Of a stretch of DNA of 64,000 nt, positions 56,979 to 64,000 are shown in pieces. The translations under genes and the position numbers were made by a program. This DNA is from a virus (Duplodnaviria; Caudoviricetes), in the IMG/VR virus record IMGVR_UViG_2513237098_000002, positions 1 through 64,000 of that record; one strand, 5' to 3'. The notes under the pieces are model-generated. The model saw nothing but the letters and a program-made list of their open reading frames with translations, was not told where the DNA came from and did no database searches. Position 1 is the first letter of the stretch, and each line of letters opens with the position of its first letter.

Positions 56979-57143
56979 TTACGCCTCGTCCCCTGGTTCT
57001 GGTTGCGGATGTGGTTCGGATGCTGTTGCTCGATTGTGGGCGCGCTGCTCTTCATCCTCCTTCAGGATGACCCGAACTCTGTCGATAGCCGGATCCTTGT
57101 CTAGAAGATTGTACGTTCGATACATCTTGATGACGCGTGCCAT
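56979..57143 (-). pseudogene. Truncated paralog of the adjacent XRE gene N-terminus
   Basis: MARVIKMYRTYNLLDKDPAIDRVRVILKED versus MARFIMSYRTYNWKTKNPVIDKMRTVLQDE. Confidence 0.55.
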
Positions 57144-57146
57144 GAC

Positions 57147-57857
57147 TTACGTCTCGCCCCCGAGTTGCAGTTGCGAGGATTCTGGTGATGCGGGCAGCGC
57201 GCCTTTTGCCGTCAGCTCGAATTCTCCGCTTGGGCGTTTCTTGAGGAAGCCATCGCGGCGCGCGCGGTCAATGATGCCTCTAACGCTTTTTGACGAGACG
57301 GTTTCGCCAAGCGCGGCCCTGATCTCGGCGAACTTCATCGGCCCGCTGTCGGAAAGCACCTGACGTAGCGCGGTCAGGCCGGTGCCGCGTTCGGCGCGTC
57401 CGCTGTTTGGCTTGAGGACAGCGTGTCCGTTCCTCTTAGCGGGAGGATGGGATCGCGGTTTCGGCAGGGCAGGGGTCGTCGGTTTGGCGGGCGCATTGGT
57501 GGGCGCTTTGCCGGTCATCAACTGCATCGCCTTAGCGCTGAGCTTGTATTCGCCCTTGCCAACCTGTTGCAGCACGCCTTTCTTCTTCAGTGCGTAGAGG
57601 GCGCTATACGTCTTGCTGCGAGCGCCGCCAAGTTCGGCCTGCACCTCATCGACGGAGATCGGCCCGCCGTTCCGGTCGGCAAACATTGCGACCATGGTTT
57701 GCTCGGTGCTCATGCCACCGGGACGCGCGGCCGGCGTCGGCTTTTCATCGAGCAGCGCCAGATGCAGCTTGATAATGCCCGGCATTTTCTTCAGCGCGAT
57801 CAGCACCGGCCCGACCGCGATGTCTTCGACTTCCAGATAGATGGGTAGAGTTGCCAT
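57147..57857 (-). CDS. Protein with two winged-helix domains
   Basis: SKTYSALYALKKKGVLQQVGKGEYKL; IIDRARRDGFL...GEFELTAKG. Confidence 0.7.
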   Translation of the reverse strand: MATLPIYLEVEDIAVGPVLIALKKMPGIIKLHLALLDEKPTPAARPGGMSTEQTMVAMFADRNGGPISVDEVQAELGGARSKTYSALYALKKKGVLQQVGKGEYKLSAKAMQLMTGKAPTNAPAKPTTPALPKPRSHPPAKRNGHAVLKPNSGRAERGTGLTALRQVLSDSGPMKFAEIRAALGETVSSKSVRGIIDRARRDGFLKKRPSGEFELTAKGALPASPESSQLQLGGET

Positions 57858-57946
57858 GACGATTCTCTCTCTAGTGTTGGTCACATCTGCTCAATGCACA
57901 AACTGCATAGTGAGTGGTCCCGGAATCCAAATGCAGTGTTTCAAAA

Positions 57947-58179
57947 AATCCAAATGTTTGGATTGTGTGAAGGGCGTGTTTTCAGCATCGTTGCAATACT
58001 TCCTCATACCCACGAACGAATTCGCAGATCAGCAGTGCAGATCAACCGCAGTGTTTTCAGCATTGTGATTGGATACGCGCGGCAGTGTGTTCTCACATCG
58101 CCCTTGCGCAGGCGCAGCAGGTTCGCTCCCAACCAGTTGTGTCCCGTGTTGCGTCCGTAACAAAATCCAAATTTTTGGA
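57947..58179. promoter_or_regulatory. Two TCCAAA-N2-TTTGGA palindromes in a divergent intergenic region
   Basis: aatccaaatgtttggatt (57947-57964) and tccaaatttttgga (58166-58179); half-site at 57924. Confidence 0.65.
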
Positions 58180-58395
58180 AAGGACGATCACGTGTTGGTT
58201 GCAAGCTTGGCGCAAGTCACCCGAATGTGTCCAGTGCCTCACGCAAAGAAAAAAGTGCCAACTCGTGATACATTGCCGAGCGCTCGTGATTGCGTCGCGG
58301 ATCAGTTCGGAAAATGTTGTCGCGGCAAATCGTGAAGCCGCAAAGTTGCTGCAATGGGAGGGGAGACCGAACGCGCAATTCGGTTAGAAAGTAAA

Positions 58396-58881
58396 ATGAA
58401 AAATAAGAAAGCAAGAACGGCGACCGCAACGGTCGGACATGATCAGCACATTGAACTGTCCGCCTACGCTGCAATGGCACAATTCGTCCTGAACTTTCGC
58501 CGCATGAACAGCCAAGACCCGGTGTTCGCGGATGAGGATGTGAACCTGCCGGCGTCCAGGGGTCGCGCGTTGACGCTGATGGTTGTTCGCATTGCAACGG
58601 CGAGCCAGCGCACCGTCACCATCGCCGAGATCGCATCTCAACTCGGAATGCCGCATTCGACCGTGAGCGGCCACGTCGAGTGGTTGGAGCAGAAAGAAGC
58701 GATCAGGCGACGACCGGATAAGCGGATCGAAGCGGCGCCGTTCGATATCGAGGCATTGCTGGAGTGGCTCGACATTCTGGCAGCGGATAGCAATCGCTTG
58801 CAAGCCGCGATCAATCTGCTGCAGACCAAAATCGATCGGGAGTATCCGGTGGGCGAAAACGGTCGTAAGAAAAAAATCTAA
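58396..58881 (+). CDS. MarR-like winged-helix regulator
   Basis: VTIAEIASQLGMPHSTVSGHVEWLEQKEAIRR. Confidence 0.7.
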   Translation: MKNKKARTATATVGHDQHIELSAYAAMAQFVLNFRRMNSQDPVFADEDVNLPASRGRALTLMVVRIATASQRTVTIAEIASQLGMPHSTVSGHVEWLEQKEAIRRRPDKRIEAAPFDIEALLEWLDILAADSNRLQAAINLLQTKIDREYPVGENGRKKKI

Positions 58882-59132
58882 CGCCGTTTGACGTTGACGG
58901 ATCGCAACTGACTAGCGGGAATCCGGAGCGCCTTCGCCAAGGCGGGGATGTTCTTTTCGATAATGCGGTTCGCAACTTCCCATTGATAAAGCCGGCTGGT
59001 GGTAACGTTGCATTCGAAAGCGACAAGTTCGGCGCTTAGTCCTTTGCGCTTGCGGGTTTGGCGGATCAACTGGCCGATGGTCTGCTTGGTCGGCCTCGGC
59101 GGACGTTTCCCATTGATCTTCTTTTTCTTCAT
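58878..59132 (-). CDS. XRE-HTH protein
   Basis: IGQLIRQTRKRKGLSAELVAFECNVTTSRLYQWE. Confidence 0.75.
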   Translation of the reverse strand: MKKKKINGKRPPRPTKQTIGQLIRQTRKRKGLSAELVAFECNVTTSRLYQWEVANRIIEKNIPALAKALRIPASQLRSVNVKRR

Positions 59133-59330
59133 CAGGAAACGTCGCCTCTCTAGCCATGGGCTCAACATAGGGTTGTTTATATCCACGCCCCACGCGGGCG
59201 ACAATTTGAACAATTCTAGAAGACCGTGGAATGACACAGGGACACGGCAAAGTGAAAAATTTGGAGTGGCACGACGAATACCAGAATCGGTCAGAAGTAG
59301 GCCGATCAAAGGGAATGCAAGTGAGCAACA

Positions 59331-59967
59331 TATGTCGAAACTGGCCACAAGAATATTGATTGTCGACGACCACCCGGTGGTGTTGTCCGGATGCCGGGCG
59401 TTGTTCGCTTCCGACCGTGCAATCAAGATCGAGGAAGCCACCGACGCCAGGTCAGGCCACCGGGTTTATGTTAGCAGGAAGCCCGATGTGGCCGTGATCG
59501 ACATCAACCTCCCGGATGTTTCCGGCTTTGAGTTGATGCGCTGGATTCGCAAGGACGATCCGGCAGCCAGGATCATGATGTTCAGCACGAACAAAGACCC
59601 GGCCGTCGTGGTCCGCGCGGTGGAAGCGGGCGCCCAAGGCTATGTTTCCAAGGCCGACGACCCCAGGGTGCTCGTGAAGGCCGTCCGCACGATCGCGGCA
59701 GGGGGCACGTTCATATCGCCGCACCTGACGAAGGCCGTGACCTTTTCGGGCGCCGCCATCAAGGCCAATCCAGTCTCGCTGATGTCGCCGCGCGAACTGG
59801 AGATCCTGCGGCTGCTCGGCCGGGGCGACAAGATTGGCGAGGTCGCCGCGGCGCTCAGCATCTCCTACAAGACCGTCGCCAACACCACCTCGCGTCTGAG
59901 AGAGAAGCTCGGCACCAAAAATCATTCCGACCTGATCCGCATCGCCGTCGAAATGGCGTTGGGCTGA
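59331..59967 (+). CDS. Orphan NarL/LuxR-family response regulator
   Basis: ILIVDDHPVV, VIDINLPD, GYVSK; LMSPRELEILRLL..G...VAAALSIS.KTV. Confidence 0.9.
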
Positions 59968-60020
59968 TCCTTCATCCACCGCGACGCAGGCGTTATGTCC
60001 GGAAAGTTGGCGCGCCGCCC

Positions 60021-60050
60021 TTGACAAAGCCGCAATGCGGGCGCTTCTAC
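60021..60050 (+). promoter_or_regulatory. Sigma70-like promoter for the Y RNA-rsr locus
   Basis: CTTGACA about 35 nt upstream of the first RNA unit. Confidence 0.55.
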
Positions 60051-60056
60051 CGCGCC

Positions 60057-60128
60057 GCCACGCCGTAAGCTCTCGGTTACTTCGCACTAGCAACTATGCA
60101 CCAAGCACCGGGCGCGTCACTTGCTGGC
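60057..60128 (+). ncRNA. Short Y-RNA-like unit 1
   Basis: Shared motif CGCCGTA..CGGTTACTTCG; ctcggt pairs with accggg. Confidence 0.45.
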
Positions 60129-60133
60129 ACCCC

Positions 60134-60272
60134 TGAGACAGACGCCGTAGAAGTCGGATACTTCGCTTGAAGAGCCCCGGTCGTTGGTTCGATTCCAACC
60201 CGGCCCGCAAGGGCCGGTAGCTTAGTGGTAGAGCAGGGAAAAGGTGCCGGTTTCGCCTTTTGCTCTGTCTCA
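60134..60272 (+). ncRNA. yrlA: YrlA-class tRNA-mimic Y RNA
   Basis: 9-bp terminal stem; T-arm GTTGG-TTCGATT-CCAAC precedes an acceptor stem closed by GCAA, then D-arm GCTT-AGTGGTA-GAGC; adjacent to rsr. Confidence 0.85.
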
Positions 60273-60305
60273 CCGGTTGCGGTCGTGGTCCCGGACGATT
60301 GGAGT

Positions 60306-60400
60306 GGCCGCCGTAGGAAGCGGTTACTTCGTTGGATGAAGCGCCTGCCGCTGGCAGGCTTGGCCGTTCGAGTCGGCAAGTCCGCTTTCCGCCTCTCGCG
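60306..60400 (+). ncRNA. Y-RNA-like unit 3 with T-loop hairpin
   Basis: Same 5' motif; ggaagcgg/ccgctttcc stem; gccg-TTCGAGT-cggc T-like arm. Confidence 0.6.
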
Positions 60401-60441
60401 CCATTCCACCCGTCTCGGGAGAATGCAAACAGGAGCGACCG

Positions 60442-61782
60442 ATGCGAACCAACATCCGCGCGACGAACGCCCTTCGCACCCACGAGGGCGCCATGGCCCA
60501 TCCCGTCAATACCGAGCAGGCGCTGCGGCGCTCGGTGCTGTCCTGCCTCCTGTTCGAGAAGGAGTTCTATGAGGACGGCGTCGAGATTTCCGCGCGCATC
60601 AAAGCGCTGGCGGAGAGCCTGCCGCCGGAGATCGTGGCCGCGCTCGCCGTCGAGGCGCGCACCGTCATGCATCTGCGCCATGTGCCGCTGCTCCTGCTCG
60701 AGGTGCTGTCGCGCACCGCCGCCGGTCGCACCGACGCGCTGGTCGCCAGGACCATCGCGCAGGTGATCGCGCGCGCCGACGAGATGGCGGAGTTTCTGGC
60801 GATCTACACCGCAGGCGGCGACCGCCGCGCGGCCACGGCTGGCCATGGCCGCCAGTTCACCGCGCAGGTGATGCGCGGCCTCGACCTGGCGCTGCGAAAG
60901 TTCGATGCTTACCAGCTCGCCAAGTACGACCGGGCCGGCAAGGTCAAGCTGCGCGACGTCTTCCGCATCGTGCGGCCGAAGCCGGAGGACGATGCGCGGG
61001 CGGCCTTCTTCAAGGCGGCCAAGGACGGCGCCCTGCCGGCGCCCGATACGTGGGAGGTGGCGCTGTCGTCCGGTGCCGAGACCAAGCGGGAGGTGTTCGA
61101 GCGTCTCCTGACCGGCGACAAGCTCGGCTACCTGGCGCTGCTGCGCAACCTGCGCAACATGGCGGAGGCTGGCGTCGATCGCGACCTCGTCACTGACAAG
61201 ATCGCACTGCGCAAGGGCGCGGCCCGCGTGCTGCCGTTCCGCTATGTCGCGGCGGCACGCGCAGCTCCGCAGTTCGAGCCGGCGATCGATCGGGCGCTGC
61301 TGGCGGCGATCGGCGAGATGAGCAAGTTCGGAGGTAAAACTGCCATCCTCGTCGACGTCTCCGGCTCGATGAACGAGAAGCTGTCGGCGAAGTCGGACCT
61401 GACGCGGATGGACGCGGCGGCGGCGCTGGCCGCGATCCTCCCCGGCGACGACGTGCGGCTGTTCTCGTTCTCGAACCATGTCATCGAGGTGCCGGCGCGG
61501 CGCGGCATGGCTGGCATTGATGCGATCCTGCGCAGCCAGGGCCATCAGGGCACTTACCTGGGCCGGGCGGTGGCGTATATGAACGGCCTTGGCGCTGACC
61601 GCCTGGTGGCGATCACCGACGAGCAGAGCCACGACACCGTGCCGCCGCCAGAGATGAAGTACGCGTACATGATCAACGTCGCCTCGAACCGGAACGGCGT
61701 TGGCTATGGCCGCTGGACCCACATCGACGGCTTCAGCGAGAACGTGCTCCGCTTCATGCATGCGCATGAGGCCGACGACTGA
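60442..61782 (+). CDS. rsr: Ro60-related TROVE + vWA protein
   Basis: THEGA, LRRSVLSCLLFEKEFY, RTVMHLRHVP, RADEMAE, LLRNLRN, RVLPFRY; vWA LVDVSGSM, ITDEQS. Confidence 0.92.
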   Translation: MRTNIRATNALRTHEGAMAHPVNTEQALRRSVLSCLLFEKEFYEDGVEISARIKALAESLPPEIVAALAVEARTVMHLRHVPLLLLEVLSRTAAGRTDALVARTIAQVIARADEMAEFLAIYTAGGDRRAATAGHGRQFTAQVMRGLDLALRKFDAYQLAKYDRAGKVKLRDVFRIVRPKPEDDARAAFFKAAKDGALPAPDTWEVALSSGAETKREVFERLLTGDKLGYLALLRNLRNMAEAGVDRDLVTDKIALRKGAARVLPFRYVAAARAAPQFEPAIDRALLAAIGEMSKFGGKTAILVDVSGSMNEKLSAKSDLTRMDAAAALAAILPGDDVRLFSFSNHVIEVPARRGMAGIDAILRSQGHQGTYLGRAVAYMNGLGADRLVAITDEQSHDTVPPPEMKYAYMINVASNRNGVGYGRWTHIDGFSENVLRFMHAHEADD

Positions 61783-61791
61783 AGATAGAAG

Positions 61792-61816
61792 GGGGCTCGC
61801 CGCAAGGCGGGCCTCC
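61792..61816 (+). terminator. GNRA-capped hairpin after rsr
   Basis: ggggctcgcc-gcaa-ggcgggcctc; no U-tract. Confidence 0.4.
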
Positions 61817-61879
61817 TAGCCGGATCAGCCTTTAGGACAAAAGATTTGATTCGCCGTGGCTGATACATAGATCAGCGCC

Positions 61880-62479
61880 ATGACCAAGAACCTTGAATTT
61901 GCCCTGCCGAAGAAGGGCACCACGGTGCCGGCAACCGCCGACTGGTTCCACGAAGTCAAATACGACGGCTATCGGCTGATGGTGATCCGTGACGGCGCCA
62001 GCGTGCGGCTGCGGACCAAGGGCGGCCACGATTGCACCAAGCGGTTTCCTTGGATCGCCGAGACCGCCCGCCAGATCCGCACCAAGCAATTCGTGCTCGA
62101 TGGCGAGGCGGTGCTGCTCGGGGTCGACGGCGTCAGCGACTTCGACGGGCTACATTCCGGCAAATACAACGAAGAGGTGCAGCTCTACGCCTTCGACATC
62201 TTGGCCGACAATGGCGAGGACGTGCGCAAGCTGCCATTGTCGATGCGCAAGCTGAACCTGGAGCGGCTATTGGCGCGGCGCGCCAGCGGCATCTTCGCGG
62301 CGCCGTTCGAGCGTGGTGAGATCGGGCCGGATCTGTTCCGGGCCGCCTGCAACATGGGGCTGGAAGGGCTGGTGTCTAAGCACAGCGGGCGCTGGTATGG
62401 TGCCGGACCATGCAGTCACTGGATCAAGGTCAAGAACCCGCAGCATCCGGCCTATCGACGAGTGCAGGATCAGTTCTAG
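61880..62479 (+). CDS. ATP-dependent ligase, adenylation domain only
   Basis: HEVKYDGYR, LDGEAV, YAFDIL, EGLVSK, WIKVK; ends without an OB domain. Confidence 0.88.
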   Translation: MTKNLEFALPKKGTTVPATADWFHEVKYDGYRLMVIRDGASVRLRTKGGHDCTKRFPWIAETARQIRTKQFVLDGEAVLLGVDGVSDFDGLHSGKYNEEVQLYAFDILADNGEDVRKLPLSMRKLNLERLLARRASGIFAAPFERGEIGPDLFRAACNMGLEGLVSKHSGRWYGAGPCSHWIKVKNPQHPAYRRVQDQF

Positions 62480-62502
62480 GAAAAAGATCGAGGGAGGCAA
62501 AA

Positions 62503-63027
62503 ATGCGTTTCTCTCCGGCCCTTATCGCGTTCGCTCTTATCCCCTCGCAATCGTTTGCGCAGTCGCCTCTCAAAGACGGTCACTACGTGATGCCGCCGCA
62601 CGACCTGTTCGTCTCGGGCGGCGGTACAAACATAACAGTCAACTTTCGCTTTAGGCCGGACAGACGCTGCCCCAACACACTCGACAACGCTCTCGACTAC
62701 GTGCTTCCGGCCGGCTATGCGGGTACTCCAATCAATTATGTTGCCGGGCGTTGCAACAGTAAATTCGACTGCGATGGCATTACGTATAGATGTTCTAGTC
62801 CGACACCAAAAGAGCATCCCAACCCGACGACATTCCGCCAGCCGCCCGCGGCAAATCTCGTAAACGTCCAGTCCTCCTGGGTAAGCGGCGATTTCGCCTT
62901 TACGACGCCCGTTATGCCTGTTTCAACGAAGCGCGCACCAATGGGCAAGTTCGAGATCGTTGAGCAGTCGCCGGACAAAAAGCAATGGACGGTCCGGCTA
63001 ATTGGGCCGCTACGCGCTAGACGTTGA
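62503..63027 (+). CDS. Exported Cys-containing hypothetical protein
   Basis: Signal peptide ...QSFA; visibly lower GC. Confidence 0.6.
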   Translation: MRFSPALIAFALIPSQSFAQSPLKDGHYVMPPHDLFVSGGGTNITVNFRFRPDRRCPNTLDNALDYVLPAGYAGTPINYVAGRCNSKFDCDGITYRCSSPTPKEHPNPTTFRQPPAANLVNVQSSWVSGDFAFTTPVMPVSTKRAPMGKFEIVEQSPDKKQWTVRLIGPLRARR

Positions 63028-63058
63028 TCAGTTTGGATATTTCGCGTGGAGTATGCGT

Positions 63059-63406
63059 ATGCGTTTCTCTTCCTCAATTGTCCCACCCTCTGACGACATT
63101 GATGTCTATCTGGTCCTGGATGAGGTAGGCCACCAGTTGGGCCGGGTGTGGCGCGAGACCGACGAGGGTGACACCGACCGCGCCACTCTGCTGCGCAATC
63201 TGATGGAGGGCCAGTACAGCAGCCCGGTTCGGATTGTCAGCTTCAACACCGCGGAAGGCTGGTCGCGCGATGTCTCGGAGGAGATCGCCATCGAGCTGAG
63301 CCAGCGGTGCGCCGAGCGCGGCGAGATCCCAGAGCCATTGGCGGCGTTCATCGGCCGCCATGGTGAACCGCCGGCAATCCAGCTGGCGTTGCCGATCCAG
63401 CTATAA
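63059..63406 (+). CDS. Conserved rhizobial hypothetical protein
   Basis: GQYSSPVRIVSFNTAEGWSRDVSEEIA motif. Confidence 0.7.
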   Translation: MRFSSSIVPPSDDIDVYLVLDEVGHQLGRVWRETDEGDTDRATLLRNLMEGQYSSPVRIVSFNTAEGWSRDVSEEIAIELSQRCAERGEIPEPLAAFIGRHGEPPAIQLALPIQL

Positions 63407-63546
63407 GCGATCGAGTTGGAACGGGCGTGTTCTGGCGGGGTTCTATTGTCGCACGCACGCTGGCTCACAACGTGTGTGTACGGTGACGAACTTGGCAGCT
63501 CCGGCCGATGCGACGGCTGGGCTGCTTTTTTTGGTGAAGGACCCAC

Positions 63547-63744
63547 GTGACGAAACCGAATTGCCCGGTGTGCCATGGGCTGGGCTGGGTGTGCGAAAAT
63601 CACCCTGATCGTCCTTGGACAGAGGAGGTTTGGGGATGCCAGTGCGGCGCCGGCATGCCATGCGAGGAATGTAACCGCGGCGACGGGATTGATGAGCCTG
63701 ATGTGAGTGGGGTTCTTGACGAGACGCCGCCGATCAAACACTAG
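63547..63744 (+). CDS. Small Cys-rich protein
   Basis: CPVCHGLGWVCENHPDRPW...CGAGMPC. Confidence 0.7.
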   Translation: MTKPNCPVCHGLGWVCENHPDRPWTEEVWGCQCGAGMPCEECNRGDGIDEPDVSGVLDETPPIKH

Positions 63745-64000
63745 GGCGCGTACTCATTAGATCATCGTCGATGTCCGTTCGCCTCCACACCAACCGCCTT
63801 GTGCAACCGCAGCAAATGTCGCGACTGGCCACAAGGAGGCACTTTATTTCGGCCGGTTCAGCCATTCGTCGCGGGTGATCTCCCAAATCTCTTCCATCTG
63901 TCGGCCTGATACATACTCGTGATATTGAGTTCTTATCACTCGCATTCCGCTGCGCTCCGAAATCCGGCGTGATTTGAGATTGGCTACAGCTTTGGGCGCG

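Larger units (their letters stand above)
1..57857. mobile_element. Temperate prophage (HK97-type head, P27-type terminase, Mu-like contractile tail); right boundary uncertain, may extend to the window end
   Basis: Integrase, repressor switch, replication, packaging, head, tail and fibre modules in lambdoid order; att cores not visible. Confidence 0.92.

Noticed and set aside
57916-57925. ggtcccggaa match to the integrase arm-like repeat as a marker of attR
   Set aside because: A single 10-mer can occur by chance in 64 kb of GC-rich DNA; the att core lies outside the left edge, so it cannot be tested here.
60172-60238. Apparent tRNA gene
   Set aside because: Halves are permuted, the acceptor stem is closed by GCAA and there is no anticodon loop or CCA; it fits YrlA, not a tRNA.

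Overview
The window holds most of a temperate, lambdoid-type prophage of a GC-rich alphaproteobacterium (Bradyrhizobium/Hyphomicrobiales-like; host is an inference from gene content). Left to right: tyrosine integrase and xis (1-1.4 kb); small leftward early genes; CI/Cro-like switch (2.7-3.8 kb); recombination/replication genes (VRR-NUC, AAA_24 ATPase, SSB-like, Cas4-like nuclease, vWA, TOPRIM-AAA_25 primase-helicase, ori-like inverted repeat); a leftward cassette operon (14.2-17.7 kb) punctuated by five copies of a covarying structured leader; P27-type terS/terL; GH25 lysin and HNH; a 1149-aa two-module protein (glycosylase-like plus ADP-ribosyltransferase) with a nested out-of-frame gene; fused protease-capsid; portal; collagen-like protein; a Mu-like contractile tail with a -1 chaperone frameshift and a tape measure with two lytic domains; tail fibres; a second leftward accessory operon (52.3-57.9 kb). 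At the right end lie a Ro60/TROVE (rsr) gene preceded by three tandem Y-RNA-like units (one a clear tRNA-mimic YrlA) and an OB-less ATP-dependent ligase. Neither att core could be located, so whether 58-64 kb belongs to the prophage is unresolved. No searches or folding programs were run; family names come from motif recognition. Best leads: the five-copy structured leader array, the triple Y RNA/Ro60 locus, and the polyvalent toxin-like gene with its nested gene.
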